64,000 nucleotides of DNA from a virus (lineage: Duplodnaviria; Caudoviricetes). Every line of letters starts with the position of its first letter. The first letter of the stretch is position 1. A model generated the notes under the pieces. The model was not told the origin of the DNA. It searched no databases and saw nothing but the letters and a program-made list of their open reading frames with translations. The position numbers and the translations under genes are program-made. Shown piece by piece: positions 35,692-45,443 of the stretch. The stretch covers positions 32,001-96,000 of the IMG/VR virus record IMGVR_UViG_3300014019_000001; one strand, 5' to 3'.

Positions 35692-37680
35692 TCAGAAGTT
35701 GATCCGGAACGCCTTGTTGATGGTCGCGCCCTTGACGACGACGATGGCGGTGTCCTGGCGGGTGGACGAGAAGCCGAGGCCGGAGAGCTGCTCGGTGGAC
35801 TTCGGCGTCTTGGTCTTGGCACCGAGGATCTCGAAGACCTTCCGGTGCGGCTCGAGCTCGCCACGGAGGAACTCGTTGTAGATGCCGCGCGCCTGGTCAG
35901 GGTTCACGCAGTCCTTCAGGATGAAGAACCAGTGCTTGTTGCCGACCTGCTGATCACCCCAATGATTGGGCGACAGAAGCAGCGTGTCGACAGGCACGAG
36001 CGTCTCGGTATTCACACCCCACTTTTCGATGGAGCCGGAGGTGGCTGTGAGCGTCGGGCCGGGTTTGAAGCCCTGCACCTTGCCGCCGATCACGTCGAAC
36101 GTGGCGAGCTGAATGCTCTCACCCTGGCTGACGATCTTCGGATAGGCGAAGGTGCGCGTCTCGCCGTTGAAGAAGAACTCGACCTCGAAGCCGCCGTCCT
36201 CACGCCTGCGCTGCGAATACTGGTTGACGTAGATCGTGTAATTGCCGTCGCGGGGCGAGCCCCAGCTCAGGTTCTCAACCGGGTTCTTCGGGTCGTGCCG
36301 GTCCATACCGTTCATGTCGACATCGAGAACCCCGAGACGCTGGCGGTAGTAGATGTGCCCCGCCGGCGTGTGGGCGTGCAGATCCAGGTCGTCGGAATTG
36401 TGCCAGGCGAGCGACACACGCAGCGGCGCGTCGATGTTGCCGCCGGCCGTTTTCACGCGCTCCTTGATCGAATCCGTCACTTCGCCGTCATAGGACCAGG
36501 CGAAATCATTCGCCCATTTGAACAGCCGCCCTGTGTTCTCGTGGACCGGCGCCGTAAGGCTCATGAAGTTGCCGGCATGGCGGTTCTCGACCAGGAGTGA
36601 GATCGAGGAGGCCAGGTGCAGCTTGTGCTTGATGAAGTCCTCGACCGAGATATCCTCGGCGTTCTTGACGTCGACCACGGCCGGCTTCACCGCCTCCATC
36701 AGGAGACCAGTCAGGCTGCCGTCCTTCATCTTGCCGCGCACCTCGTTGTCCACGAACAGAATGTCGTTGACGGACACGTCGGAGATCTTGGCGAAACGGC
36801 GTTCGACGGCGTTCTCGAGACCCAGCTCCTTGAGCTTGTCCACGGCCTGCTCGATCATCTTCGCCGTGATCAGCGACTTGGGGCGCTTGTAGTTCTGCGG
36901 CGCGACCTTGCTTTCAAACTTACGCACGGCGCTTTCGAGGTCGTCGCCGGCCGACAGGTCGATGACGAGCGAGCCAATGACCGTGCTGCGGAAGAGAGCG
37001 AAGCGATCCGTCACCTTCTGCCACAGGAACAGCTCCTTGTTGGGCGCGGCGTCGTAGTCGGTCTTCAGGCGATAGAAGCCATTGACGGCAGCAGAGTGCT
37101 CGGCGCCACGGTAGAGGTTGTTCTGGTTGATCAGGTCGACGACCGTGTTCAGGGCGTCAATCGTCAGCTCCTCGCAGCCGCGCTTGAAGACGCCAAGGTT
37201 CGTGGTGATGGAGCCGCGATCGGCGTCCGGACGGGTGCTGCGATGCTTCCGGTCGATCGCCGTGAAGAAGTGGGTGAACTGGTAGGTCTTGTTGTCGATG
37301 TAGTCGATGTTGGGCTTGTGGCCGAAGACCGATTCCTTCGTGCGGAAGACGCTGCGGATCGCCTTCGAGCGCACCACGGCGGCGAGCGCGGCGGCGACGA
37401 CATCGTAGGGATGCGGCAGACCCTTGAGATCCCAGAGCGTCTCGATCTTGCCATCGATGATAGCGATCAGGTGGCCGGCATGGCGAACGAACGCCCGGTC
37501 ATAGGAGCCGTCATGCACGGTGCGCACACGGAAGATCGGGTCAGTGCCGGCCGGGAAGGCGGCGAGGTAGATGCCCCAGAGTTCGTCGCGCTCGGCGTCG
37601 ACCTCATAGAGTTCGTGCTTGGAAAGCAGGGCGAAACGATCTTCGACCGCCTTCGAGAATTTCGGGAAATTGTCGCTCAT
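35692..37680 (-). CDS. Large conserved phage protein with a YfaP/DUF2135-like module
   Basis: LRVSLAWHNSDDLDLH..LDVD..PVEN motif; 662 aa. Confidence 0.75.
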   Translation of the reverse strand: MSDNFPKFSKAVEDRFALLSKHELYEVDAERDELWGIYLAAFPAGTDPIFRVRTVHDGSYDRAFVRHAGHLIAIIDGKIETLWDLKGLPHPYDVVAAALAAVVRSKAIRSVFRTKESVFGHKPNIDYIDNKTYQFTHFFTAIDRKHRSTRPDADRGSITTNLGVFKRGCEELTIDALNTVVDLINQNNLYRGAEHSAAVNGFYRLKTDYDAAPNKELFLWQKVTDRFALFRSTVIGSLVIDLSAGDDLESAVRKFESKVAPQNYKRPKSLITAKMIEQAVDKLKELGLENAVERRFAKISDVSVNDILFVDNEVRGKMKDGSLTGLLMEAVKPAVVDVKNAEDISVEDFIKHKLHLASSISLLVENRHAGNFMSLTAPVHENTGRLFKWANDFAWSYDGEVTDSIKERVKTAGGNIDAPLRVSLAWHNSDDLDLHAHTPAGHIYYRQRLGVLDVDMNGMDRHDPKNPVENLSWGSPRDGNYTIYVNQYSQRRREDGGFEVEFFFNGETRTFAYPKIVSQGESIQLATFDVIGGKVQGFKPGPTLTATSGSIEKWGVNTETLVPVDTLLLSPNHWGDQQVGNKHWFFILKDCVNPDQARGIYNEFLRGELEPHRKVFEILGAKTKTPKSTEQLSGLGFSSTRQDTAIVVVKGATINKAFRINF

Positions 37681-38023
37681 CGGGTTTTCAGGCTCCGTTA
37701 ATAAGTAAGCGCTGACTGCGCTTTGTTGACAAAATAAGAGTAGCGTTAGCTGCTACGGGTTGCGGCAGGGACGTCGCGGAGACGTTGATCTCCCTCAGCC
37801 CAGTCGTGGACGTAGGCGACAGTGGAGCGCCGGTCGCAGCGCTCGCAGCGGCAGGAAAGGCTGACGTGGTGACGACCGATGCCGTCGATGGGACCGGCCG
37901 TGGGGCGCAGATACGGGCGATCACCCCACCAACCGGAGCGCCAGACGTGACCGAAGAGGCGGCACATCAGGGGCACGTTTTCTTCCCATTTGCGCGCCGG
38001 CCAGCGGAGAACGACCTTGCTCA

Positions 38024-38395
38024 TTATGCGTAAGCCTCGTCCCAGGTCTCGGCAAAGCGGCAGTTCTCCGGCATGTCGGCGAAGAACGGCTTGATCTGCT
38101 CGCGTTTGTAGCCGGCGAGGCCACAGCCCACAGGCGTCACGTAGAACCGGAGATCCGGCCGGCTGCGCGCGAATTCCTTGAAATCCTCGATATGCCGGCC
38201 GATGGCGTCGAGCGTGAGGGTCTGAATGCGCAGATCTTTCGTCGGCAGTGCGTAGCTGCGCCCCTGCAAGCCTTCGCCCTGGAACAGGATCGCGCCATAC
38301 TGCTTGAGGGCAGTGAGCGCAGCGCCGGCTCCGTGGCGGCCGGCAAGGTTGGAGCCGAAAACGAATACCTCGTTCGGTTTAATGCCTTCTCTCAT
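38024..38395 (-). CDS. Macrodomain-like phage protein (VFVFGSN family)
   Basis: VFVFGSNLAGRHGAGAA, SYALPT, VTPVGCGLAG. Confidence 0.7.
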   Translation of the reverse strand: MREGIKPNEVFVFGSNLAGRHGAGAALTALKQYGAILFQGEGLQGRSYALPTKDLRIQTLTLDAIGRHIEDFKEFARSRPDLRFYVTPVGCGLAGYKREQIKPFFADMPENCRFAETWDEAYA

Positions 38396-38442
38396 TGTTG
38401 CTTCCTCTCTCAGTAAGCGGTTAGTTATATTTCAGGGCAAAC

Positions 38443-40092
38443 CTATTCGTAGTTCTCCGGGTGGAGTTTCTGGTCGGTCTTGTCGGCGCAGCCTGGACAC
38501 TCGCCGTCGTAGCCATCGCCACCCTCGGCGTAGTGCTCTCCGCACGAACGGCAGACGAGAAAGTCGTCATCCTCGCTGTCTTCGATCACCTCGGCGAAGT
38601 TCATGTCGAACGCCCGGCGGGTGAGCGCGAGAAGGTTATCGCCTTCAACGCCGTGGTCGCGGCGCGCCAGGTGCAGCAGATCACCGATGAGGTCCTGAAT
38701 GTGCGCCTTGTCGTCTTCGTCACACTGATGGCTCGCCTTGTAGGCGTTGAGCGCCTTCTTGGCCCAGCCGGCGCGCATTTCGTTGGTAATCTGGGTCGTC
38801 GGTTCGTCCGGCCTGCGCTGCGCCTGGATTTCCTCGCGCAAAGCCTCGTGGCGATCAGCTTTGTCATCGAGCCGGATCGTGGTCGAGCTGCCGGTGGTTA
38901 GCTTATCAGCGACACGGCGGATCTCCGTCTCACGGTAGGAGAGGGCGCTCTCCAGCATGTCGATCTGAACGTCATCAAGGATCAAGACCGCCATCAGTAT
39001 TTCTCCATCCTACCGAGGATCAGCACGAGGCGCGGATTTTCGGTCATTTCCGGGCGCGGATAGGCATCGCGAAACAGAGTGCGCGCCTCAGCCGGTGACT
39101 CGAAAATCTCGTAGAATTCCTCGCGCGGATCATCCTTCGCAGGATCAAGACCCTCGTAGCTATCGTAGACGACGGCATAAAAGGGATGACCCTCGTGGCC
39201 GTGCTTGAAAGCGGCGACGGCGAGACGGAGGCGGGCAAAGAACCGATAGAGAGTCTTACGCATCACGCAGCCTCCTTGCCGCTCAATGCGTTGGGAAAAA
39301 CGGTCAGGTAGAGCCGCTCGTCGCGTTCAACAGCGGCGATGGATTCATGGATAGGCTTGGGTTTGGTGGCGCGCTCCAGGCGCCGCTGAAGCTCTCTGCG
39401 AAGACCCCTAAAATATTGGAGGTTTTGCTCGTGCTCGAAGTGGAGGTTCGGCACCTCGATAATGGTCATGCCGGCGGCTTCAGCCTGGCGGCGGATCTTC
39501 CCGCGATGAGCGGATGTCGAAGTGCTGTAGGGCATGTTGTTGATCAACATCACGCCGTTGTGCTTACGGGCGATCAGCACGTCGTAGGAATAAGCTTTGC
39601 TGCCGTCGAAGCGCATTTCGCCGCATTTGGCGACGCGGTGGGTGCCGGTCACGAAAGCGCGCGCCAGATCGATATGATTGATCACTGGTTCAGCTCCTCG
39701 CACAGACGGTCGATTTGCTCGTCGGAGAGACCTTCGTGGGCGCCGTCATTAGTGAGAATGTCGTGCAGCGCGGCATGCAATTCGCCGGCATTCATGGTGC
39801 GCATATCCTGGAGGCAGCGCAGGCCGGCGAGAATTGCGTCACGTTCGATAGCGGAGAATGAGTAAGTGATTACTTCCGGCAATTCGCAAATGGAATCGTC
39901 ACCGAGTTCTTCGGTTTCGCCTTCCATAAGCTGGAAGTCGTCAAACTCAGCGATGTCGCCGATCTCGACCCAATCGCCCGTGTAAAGTGGGTTCATGGCC
40001 GTCATTTCGGCTTCTTCCTGGGTGTCTGCTTCGACAAGGGTGGCATACTTCACCCATGCGTCGTGACCCTTCACGACCTTGAACTTTGCCAT
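38443..40092 (-). other. Four coupled hypothetical ORFs (38443..38994, 38994..39266, 39263..~39700, 39682..40092)
   Basis: Follow the promoter/operator at 40112-40156. Confidence 0.6.
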
Positions 40093-40224
40093 TTCTCTCT
40101 CCGTCGCGCACTAAGCGCTTACTTATCTATCTATAGCGATAGCAAGGCGGGTTGCAATAGGATTCTTTCGGGGCCGAAGCGGCGCATCGCAGGATCGGGA
40201 CGCGCCGCTGGCTGGCGGCATGGC

Positions 40225-41013
40225 TCAGGCCGTCTGCGCCGGAGGATTCAAGATCGCGCGCAGGCTGGCGGCGACCGTCGAGTTCTGGTTACGCGCGAGC
40301 GCCTGTTTCGTGCGCGTGGCGATCTTCACCGCGTCGAAGAGGTTCATGATCTGCCCGGCCTGGCTGCGCGCCGTTCCCTCGTTGTAGCCCTCGGTGTCGC
40401 TCTTGGCGCCGGGCGACTTATACGCGGCGACGAGATCAGCCGAGGAGATCGAGCCCTGCTTTTCGAGAAGGTTGAAGGCGATGACGACGAACGTGGACGG
40501 CGCTTTGCCGGCGGCGATCGCGCCGAAGAGATTCTCGAATTTCTCCGCGACCTTCTTCTGCTTGGGGATCAGGCCGAGGGTGTCGGTCTTCGCCTTGTCG
40601 AGCACCGCCGGATCGGACGGAACGGCGCCTTCGAGAACGAAGTGCTTGGCATCGATGTTCTTCAGGTCGCGCGGCGTGCGCGGGGTCGACGGCGCGCGGG
40701 GCGTCTTCGCAGCCTTCACGACGGTCTGGGCGGGGGCGGCCGGCGTGGTGCTGGCGACGACGGTCGATTCCTGCTCCTGGTAGGCTTCCTCGCGCTCGAT
40801 AGCCGCCTCGACCTTGCGGATCTCCTCGTCGTTCAGAACGAGTTCGCCGAGGGTGTCATCGATCGCCGGCTGGCTGGCGCCAACAGCTTCATCGACGGCT
40901 TCGATCAGTTCCTCGACGCTGGCGTCAGACGCGCTGACGTCCAGGCCGTCGAGAAGGTTGTCCAGTTCTGCAATGTCGGCCGCGCCGACGGGGGCATTCG
41001 CCTGATTTTCCAT
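40225..41013 (-). CDS. Conserved hypothetical protein: acidic N-terminus, possible C-terminal winged helix
   Basis: GGAG RBS, own AACCC-box promoter; YNEGTARSQAGQIMNLF. Confidence 0.75.
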   Translation of the reverse strand: MENQANAPVGAADIAELDNLLDGLDVSASDASVEELIEAVDEAVGASQPAIDDTLGELVLNDEEIRKVEAAIEREEAYQEQESTVVASTTPAAPAQTVVKAAKTPRAPSTPRTPRDLKNIDAKHFVLEGAVPSDPAVLDKAKTDTLGLIPKQKKVAEKFENLFGAIAAGKAPSTFVVIAFNLLEKQGSISSADLVAAYKSPGAKSDTEGYNEGTARSQAGQIMNLFDAVKIATRTKQALARNQNSTVAASLRAILNPPAQTA

Positions 41014-41100
41014 TCTCAGTCTCCGTTTCGCTCTCTTTGCGCTCTTTCGCGCTCACAGTTTCGTTATACGAGAGAGCAAAACGGGTTGCGGCTGGGTAGA

Positions 41101-41655
41101 TCAGGCCGCGAGAGGCATCTTCTGTTGTTCCGGCAGGCTGAACCAGCCTTGGCGATAGCCCTTGAAGAAGCACGCCATCATGCGATCCACGTCGTAGGCT
41201 GCCGCGTGGGCGAGCGCGGGATCGTATTCCTCGTTCATGGCGAAGCAGAGCTCCTGCAGAGTGGGTTTCTTGCCATCAGGCGTCGCCCAGATGCCTTCCA
41301 TCATCGTGTCGACGATGGGCCGCTCCGGCAGCTTGAGCTTCATCCGCTCCAACTCGTATTTGAGGAATCCCGTATCGAACGGCGCATTGTGAATGACGAA
41401 AGCGGAGGATTTCTCCAACACCTTCTGGACCGCCGGCGCGACCTTCGCCCAGGTGGGCTTGCCGATCAGGTCGGACGAGGAGATCCCATGCACGCGCTGC
41501 GCATCCACGGCGATCGAGCGCTCGGGGTCAATGCGCTGCTCGAATGCGAAGACCTTGGTGCCGTCGAGCTTCCAGAGGCCGATATAGACCTCGATCAGCC
41601 GGTGATCGCCGACCTCAAGGCCCGTGGTTTCAGTGTCGAGACCTGCCAGAAGCAT
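41101..41655 (-). CDS. DnaQ-like DEDDh 3'-5' exonuclease
   Basis: LDTETTG, HNAPFD, VDT, AHAAAYD. Confidence 0.92.
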   Translation of the reverse strand: MLLAGLDTETTGLEVGDHRLIEVYIGLWKLDGTKVFAFEQRIDPERSIAVDAQRVHGISSSDLIGKPTWAKVAPAVQKVLEKSSAFVIHNAPFDTGFLKYELERMKLKLPERPIVDTMMEGIWATPDGKKPTLQELCFAMNEEYDPALAHAAAYDVDRMMACFFKGYRQGWFSLPEQQKMPLAA

Positions 41656-41803
41656 TACTTGCCATCCTCTCGGGTCATGTTGAACAACAGCTTGCCGAAG
41701 CCAAGGGCAAGCAGGAAAAGCGGCATGCCGATTACCACCGCGCAGACGAGGGCAACGCAAGCAATCTGGGCGATGTCGATGAGGGTCTGCATGGCGGCTC
41801 CTT

Positions 41804-42391
41804 TCAGATGTGCTGCCAGGTGGTGCGATTGAGGATGTTCACGACGGTCGAGCGCGCGATGCCGAAGCGCTTCATGAGCTCCGGGATGGAGGCGCCGTCG
41901 CTGGCGTGCTGGCGTCGGATCTCGATGACCTGGCCGGCGCTGAGCTTCGCGTTGGAATTCTGGGATCCACGGCCAGACTTGAGACCCGTCCGGTGCGCGT
42001 GCTTCTCGTTGTCACTCCCGGTCGACCATTCGAGCTGATATTCGCCCCATTTGGCGCGCAGCTCAGGTGTTGGTTGACGCAGGTAATTGTGCTCCTTATT
42101 GCCGTCGATGTGGTTGACCTGCGGCAGGTTGAGCGGGTTCGGCAGGAAGCGCAGCGCGATCACCCGGTTGAGCAGAATGGACTTCGTGAAGCCCATCCAG
42201 GTCATGTTCGCATAGACCCGGCCGGTGGCCTTGTGGACGCGGAACTTGATCGGCTCGTATTCGTCGGAGAGGAGCTCGCCCTTGTCGCTGGCGCGCTTGC
42301 AGCGCAGAACCGTGCCGTCCTCCCTCGGAATGATGTAGCGGCTCTTGATCGCGTGCAGGATCCATTTGTCCTTTGAAAATTTCTTGGTCAC
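41804..42391 (-). CDS. HNH endonuclease-like protein with a C-terminal HTH
   Basis: PQVNHIDGNK.HN...LEW.T..DN.KHA. Confidence 0.85.
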   Translation of the reverse strand: MTKKFSKDKWILHAIKSRYIIPREDGTVLRCKRASDKGELLSDEYEPIKFRVHKATGRVYANMTWMGFTKSILLNRVIALRFLPNPLNLPQVNHIDGNKEHNYLRQPTPELRAKWGEYQLEWSTGSDNEKHAHRTGLKSGRGSQNSNAKLSAGQVIEIRRQHASDGASIPELMKRFGIARSTVVNILNRTTWQHI

Positions 42392-42909
42392 AGCCGCGCG
42401 AACTCCTTGTGAGCAGCCTTGTAGGCCGTGTCATAGGCATCCTTCGCCTCGGTCATCGTTGAATAGCTGCCGAGGAACTTCGCCTTCCCGTTGATCCTGA
42501 TTTGAGCGAGGAAGCGCCCATTGCGCTCTCTCACACCGCGCACGCCGCTCGTATTCGTAGATGGCGTTTTGCGATTGGCGATACTCTGCACGCCCGTAGC
42601 CAGGCGCAGGTTCGACCACCTGTTATTCGACGGGTTGAGGTCGATATGATCGACAATCAGAACCGGCCACTGCCCGGTCATCATCGCCCAAGCGATCCGC
42701 TGGCCGAGACATGGGCTGCTATCGATGGAGATGACGACGTATCCATCTTTGCGAACCGTGCCGGCGAGATCGCCAGCTTTCGCGCCCTTACAGCCGCCGC
42801 GATCGATCTTCCAGCGAAGCTCCCCGGTAAACGAATCATAAGTAAGAAGTTCGTGAAGGCGCTGAACAGTCGGCTCCTTCCTCACTCTCTTTCGTCCTGG
42901 TTTAGCCAC
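42388..42909 (-). CDS. HNH-AP2 homing endonuclease
   Basis: VDHIDLNPSNNRWSNLRLAT; NTSGVRGV..AQIRING..LGSY AP2 domain. Confidence 0.88.
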   Translation of the reverse strand: MAKPGRKRVRKEPTVQRLHELLTYDSFTGELRWKIDRGGCKGAKAGDLAGTVRKDGYVVISIDSSPCLGQRIAWAMMTGQWPVLIVDHIDLNPSNNRWSNLRLATGVQSIANRKTPSTNTSGVRGVRERNGRFLAQIRINGKAKFLGSYSTMTEAKDAYDTAYKAAHKEFARL

Positions 42910-43150
42910 GGTTCTTCCTCATCTGGCGGATTTCTTCGATGACCTGCTCCAGGTTCCTGAGCAGCTCTTTGTCGGCGAGGCCGGAAACGGTGTCCCAGAT
43001 CGCGTTGGCGACGATGAAGAGCTCCCGGTCGGTGATCTTTCCGGCCTCATAGGCTGCCACCCACTTCGCAAGCTGCGCGCTGCCTTTGCGCGTCAACTCC
43101 TCGGAGAAGGTCGGCCATTCGTCTGTCATTTCGTCACCTGCATAATTCAC
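42902..43150 (-). CDS. Hypothetical protein
   Basis: Downstream of the operator at 43143-43160. Confidence 0.55.
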   Translation of the reverse strand: MNYAGDEMTDEWPTFSEELTRKGSAQLAKWVAAYEAGKITDRELFIVANAIWDTVSGLADKELLRNLEQVIEEIRQMRKNRG

Positions 43151-43183
43151 TGCTTACTTATAGCAAGCGATCAGACGGAATGC

Positions 43184-43846
43184 TCACGGGTTCACGAAGC
43201 GCATGTCGGCATAGCGATGACGACGGGACATGGCGTCCTCGTAGGCCATCAGAAAGTATTCCTTGGCCTGGTAGGCGCTCATCATTTCGATCTCGTAGGG
43301 CGCGCAGAGCGCGTCGGGATCGAGCATTTCAGAAGGGTCGTCCGGCTGGTGCGGCACGATCTGCCGGAATTCGGCCGTGCAGACGGCGTTGTCGGCGATC
43401 TTGATCTCCTTGGGCAACGGGCAGATCAGCCCGAAGCGCTGCGCCACGGCCCACTCGGCGCGATCCTCAATGGGCTTGATGATGGCATGCACCATCGGGT
43501 GATGCTTCACCGGCCGGATCATATCGCCGAAGAGGTATTCAGGCGCATCGTGCAGCAGAGCTTCCAGCTCCAGATCTGGGCGGTGGAGATGCTCGACCAT
43601 GAATTTCGCGCACAGAACCGAATGTTCGGCCACGGAGAACGAGATACGGCTGCGGAACTGCTTGTGCTGGGTGGCGCCGTTCCAGCGATTGTTGTTCGCC
43701 AGGTGATGAGCCACCACCTCGATCTTGATTTCCTCCGGGCGCGGATCGAACGGGTAGATTTTGTGACCGTCTGAGGCGTTCATCGTCGGGCCACGGCTGG
43801 GAGCCGGCGACGGGCTTGTGATTTCGGTATGCTTCGGGGTGGTCAT
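43184..43846 (-). CDS. HD-domain nucleotidase (YfbR-like)
   Basis: RWNG, SVAEHS, ALLHDAPE..GD, KIAD. Confidence 0.85.
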   Translation of the reverse strand: MTTPKHTEITSPSPAPSRGPTMNASDGHKIYPFDPRPEEIKIEVVAHHLANNNRWNGATQHKQFRSRISFSVAEHSVLCAKFMVEHLHRPDLELEALLHDAPEYLFGDMIRPVKHHPMVHAIIKPIEDRAEWAVAQRFGLICPLPKEIKIADNAVCTAEFRQIVPHQPDDPSEMLDPDALCAPYEIEMMSAYQAKEYFLMAYEDAMSRRHRYADMRFVNP

Positions 43847-43865
43847 CGGCGCTTCTCGCTCGGGG

Positions 43866-43896
43866 AAAAGAAAAGGGCGGGATTGCTCCCGCCCTT
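43866..43896 (-). terminator. Rho-independent terminator
   Basis: AAGGGCGGGA-GCAA-TCCCGCCCTTTTCTTTT on the minus strand. Confidence 0.8.
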
Positions 43897-43913
43897 GCTT
43901 CGGAAGTCAGTGA

Positions 43914-45443
43914 TTACTTACCTTCGATCTCACGACGAAGGGCGCGCAGCTTCTTGGCGGAGATGCTGTAGAGGCGCTCCGCTTCGCGCTGGCTGATCTC
44001 GCCAGCCTTCACGCGATTGTAGGCTTCGCGCCACTTCTCCGGGATCGTCGAGGTCTGCATCGGCGGCTGCGGCTGGCTCATCTTCGCGGGAGCCGCCGGG
44101 CGCGTCACGACCTTGCTCGGCTTCTTGTTGACGCCGCCCTTCTTCGGGCTGACCTGGGCGGCGCGCTGCGCTGCTTCTTCCTTGATCGAGACAGCCTTCG
44201 TCTTCTTCGGAGCCGGCGCCTTCTTCACGTCAGCCTTGGCGGCCTTCGCAGCAGCGCGTTGTTCCTTCTCCGCCTTCTTTTCGGCGACGACCTCTTCGAC
44301 AGCCTTCTTCACCTCCTTGACCGAGACGACGTTCTTGTCCAGGCTTTCGTCGAGGGCTTCCACCTTCGCCACGTCGGTCTTGACCTCGGCGACGGACGCG
44401 AGCTTGTCGATGGTGACGCCACGACGCGGGGTGGTGACGACATTCGTGCCCTTCGCGCCGCCGATCACCACGTCTTCAACGACCTCGATGTGGTCGCCGG
44501 CAATGACGTTCGCGAGGATCTTCGCAGACGGCTCGTGGCTCGTCATCGGCTTGTTGCGGAGAAGCAGATGATAGCCCTCCTCCGGGACACGGGCGACGAT
44601 GTGGTAGGCGGCAGCGCGCATCTTGTCCGGCTCGTTGTAGGGCACGGCGATGACATCTTCCGGCGCCACCTTGATCAGCGTGATCAGGTCATATCGGAAG
44701 CCGGCGATATAGCCGCGCCGGGCGACGTGCAGACCACTGGAGCACTGGATGCGACGCGACGGGTCAACCAGGCTTTCAGCCATCGAGACGCGCGAGCCGA
44801 CGCGCTGGTGGACCTTGCGCGTGTGCGGATCGACGAAGACATCCTTGTCGTAGCTGGAGAAGCACAGGATCTTGTAGCCGACGATCGTGCCGTCATCAGC
44901 GATCGGAAGGTCGGCGCGCTCGATGAAGTGCAGCAGCTCCTGAACGGAGTGGCCGCGCTTGTCGATGACCTTGGACAGACGCTCCAGGAAGCGCTGGAGA
45001 CCCTTCACGTTCTGGAAGGCGGCATATTCGATCTGCTTTTCGAGCTTCTCCATGCCGGGAATCTCCTTGCCGTCGACGATGGCAACGAGCGTTTCGGCAT
45101 CGGGATCGACCACCGGGCCGGTGGGCTGCTCGATAGTCTCGCCCTCAGCAGTCACCTGACTGTCGCCGTAGCTGCCGAGGTTGAAGTGACCGACGAAATC
45201 GCGGAACTTCTTGCGGACGAAGCGGATGAGGCCGCCGGTCTTGGCTTCGACCTTCGCTTCGAGCGAGTAGGAGTCGAGGTCGATTTCGACGGTCTTGTGC
45301 TTGGCGAGAGGCTTCGTGATCTCGTCCATGATGGACTTGGTGCGATAGCCGGTCGCCGGGAGATTGATCTCCTTTCCGTCCGTCGTATAGAGCGTCACCC
45401 CGGCGGCGCTGGTGATCGCGGATGTGATCTTGACCTTGTTCAT
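43914..45443 (-). CDS. rIIB: rIIB-like protein
   Basis: LPIADDG.IVGYK, CSSGLHVA, KVAPEDVIAVP; follows rIIA. Confidence 0.85.
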   Translation of the reverse strand: MNKVKITSAITSAAGVTLYTTDGKEINLPATGYRTKSIMDEITKPLAKHKTVEIDLDSYSLEAKVEAKTGGLIRFVRKKFRDFVGHFNLGSYGDSQVTAEGETIEQPTGPVVDPDAETLVAIVDGKEIPGMEKLEKQIEYAAFQNVKGLQRFLERLSKVIDKRGHSVQELLHFIERADLPIADDGTIVGYKILCFSSYDKDVFVDPHTRKVHQRVGSRVSMAESLVDPSRRIQCSSGLHVARRGYIAGFRYDLITLIKVAPEDVIAVPYNEPDKMRAAAYHIVARVPEEGYHLLLRNKPMTSHEPSAKILANVIAGDHIEVVEDVVIGGAKGTNVVTTPRRGVTIDKLASVAEVKTDVAKVEALDESLDKNVVSVKEVKKAVEEVVAEKKAEKEQRAAAKAAKADVKKAPAPKKTKAVSIKEEAAQRAAQVSPKKGGVNKKPSKVVTRPAAPAKMSQPQPPMQTSTIPEKWREAYNRVKAGEISQREAERLYSISAKKLRALRREIEGK

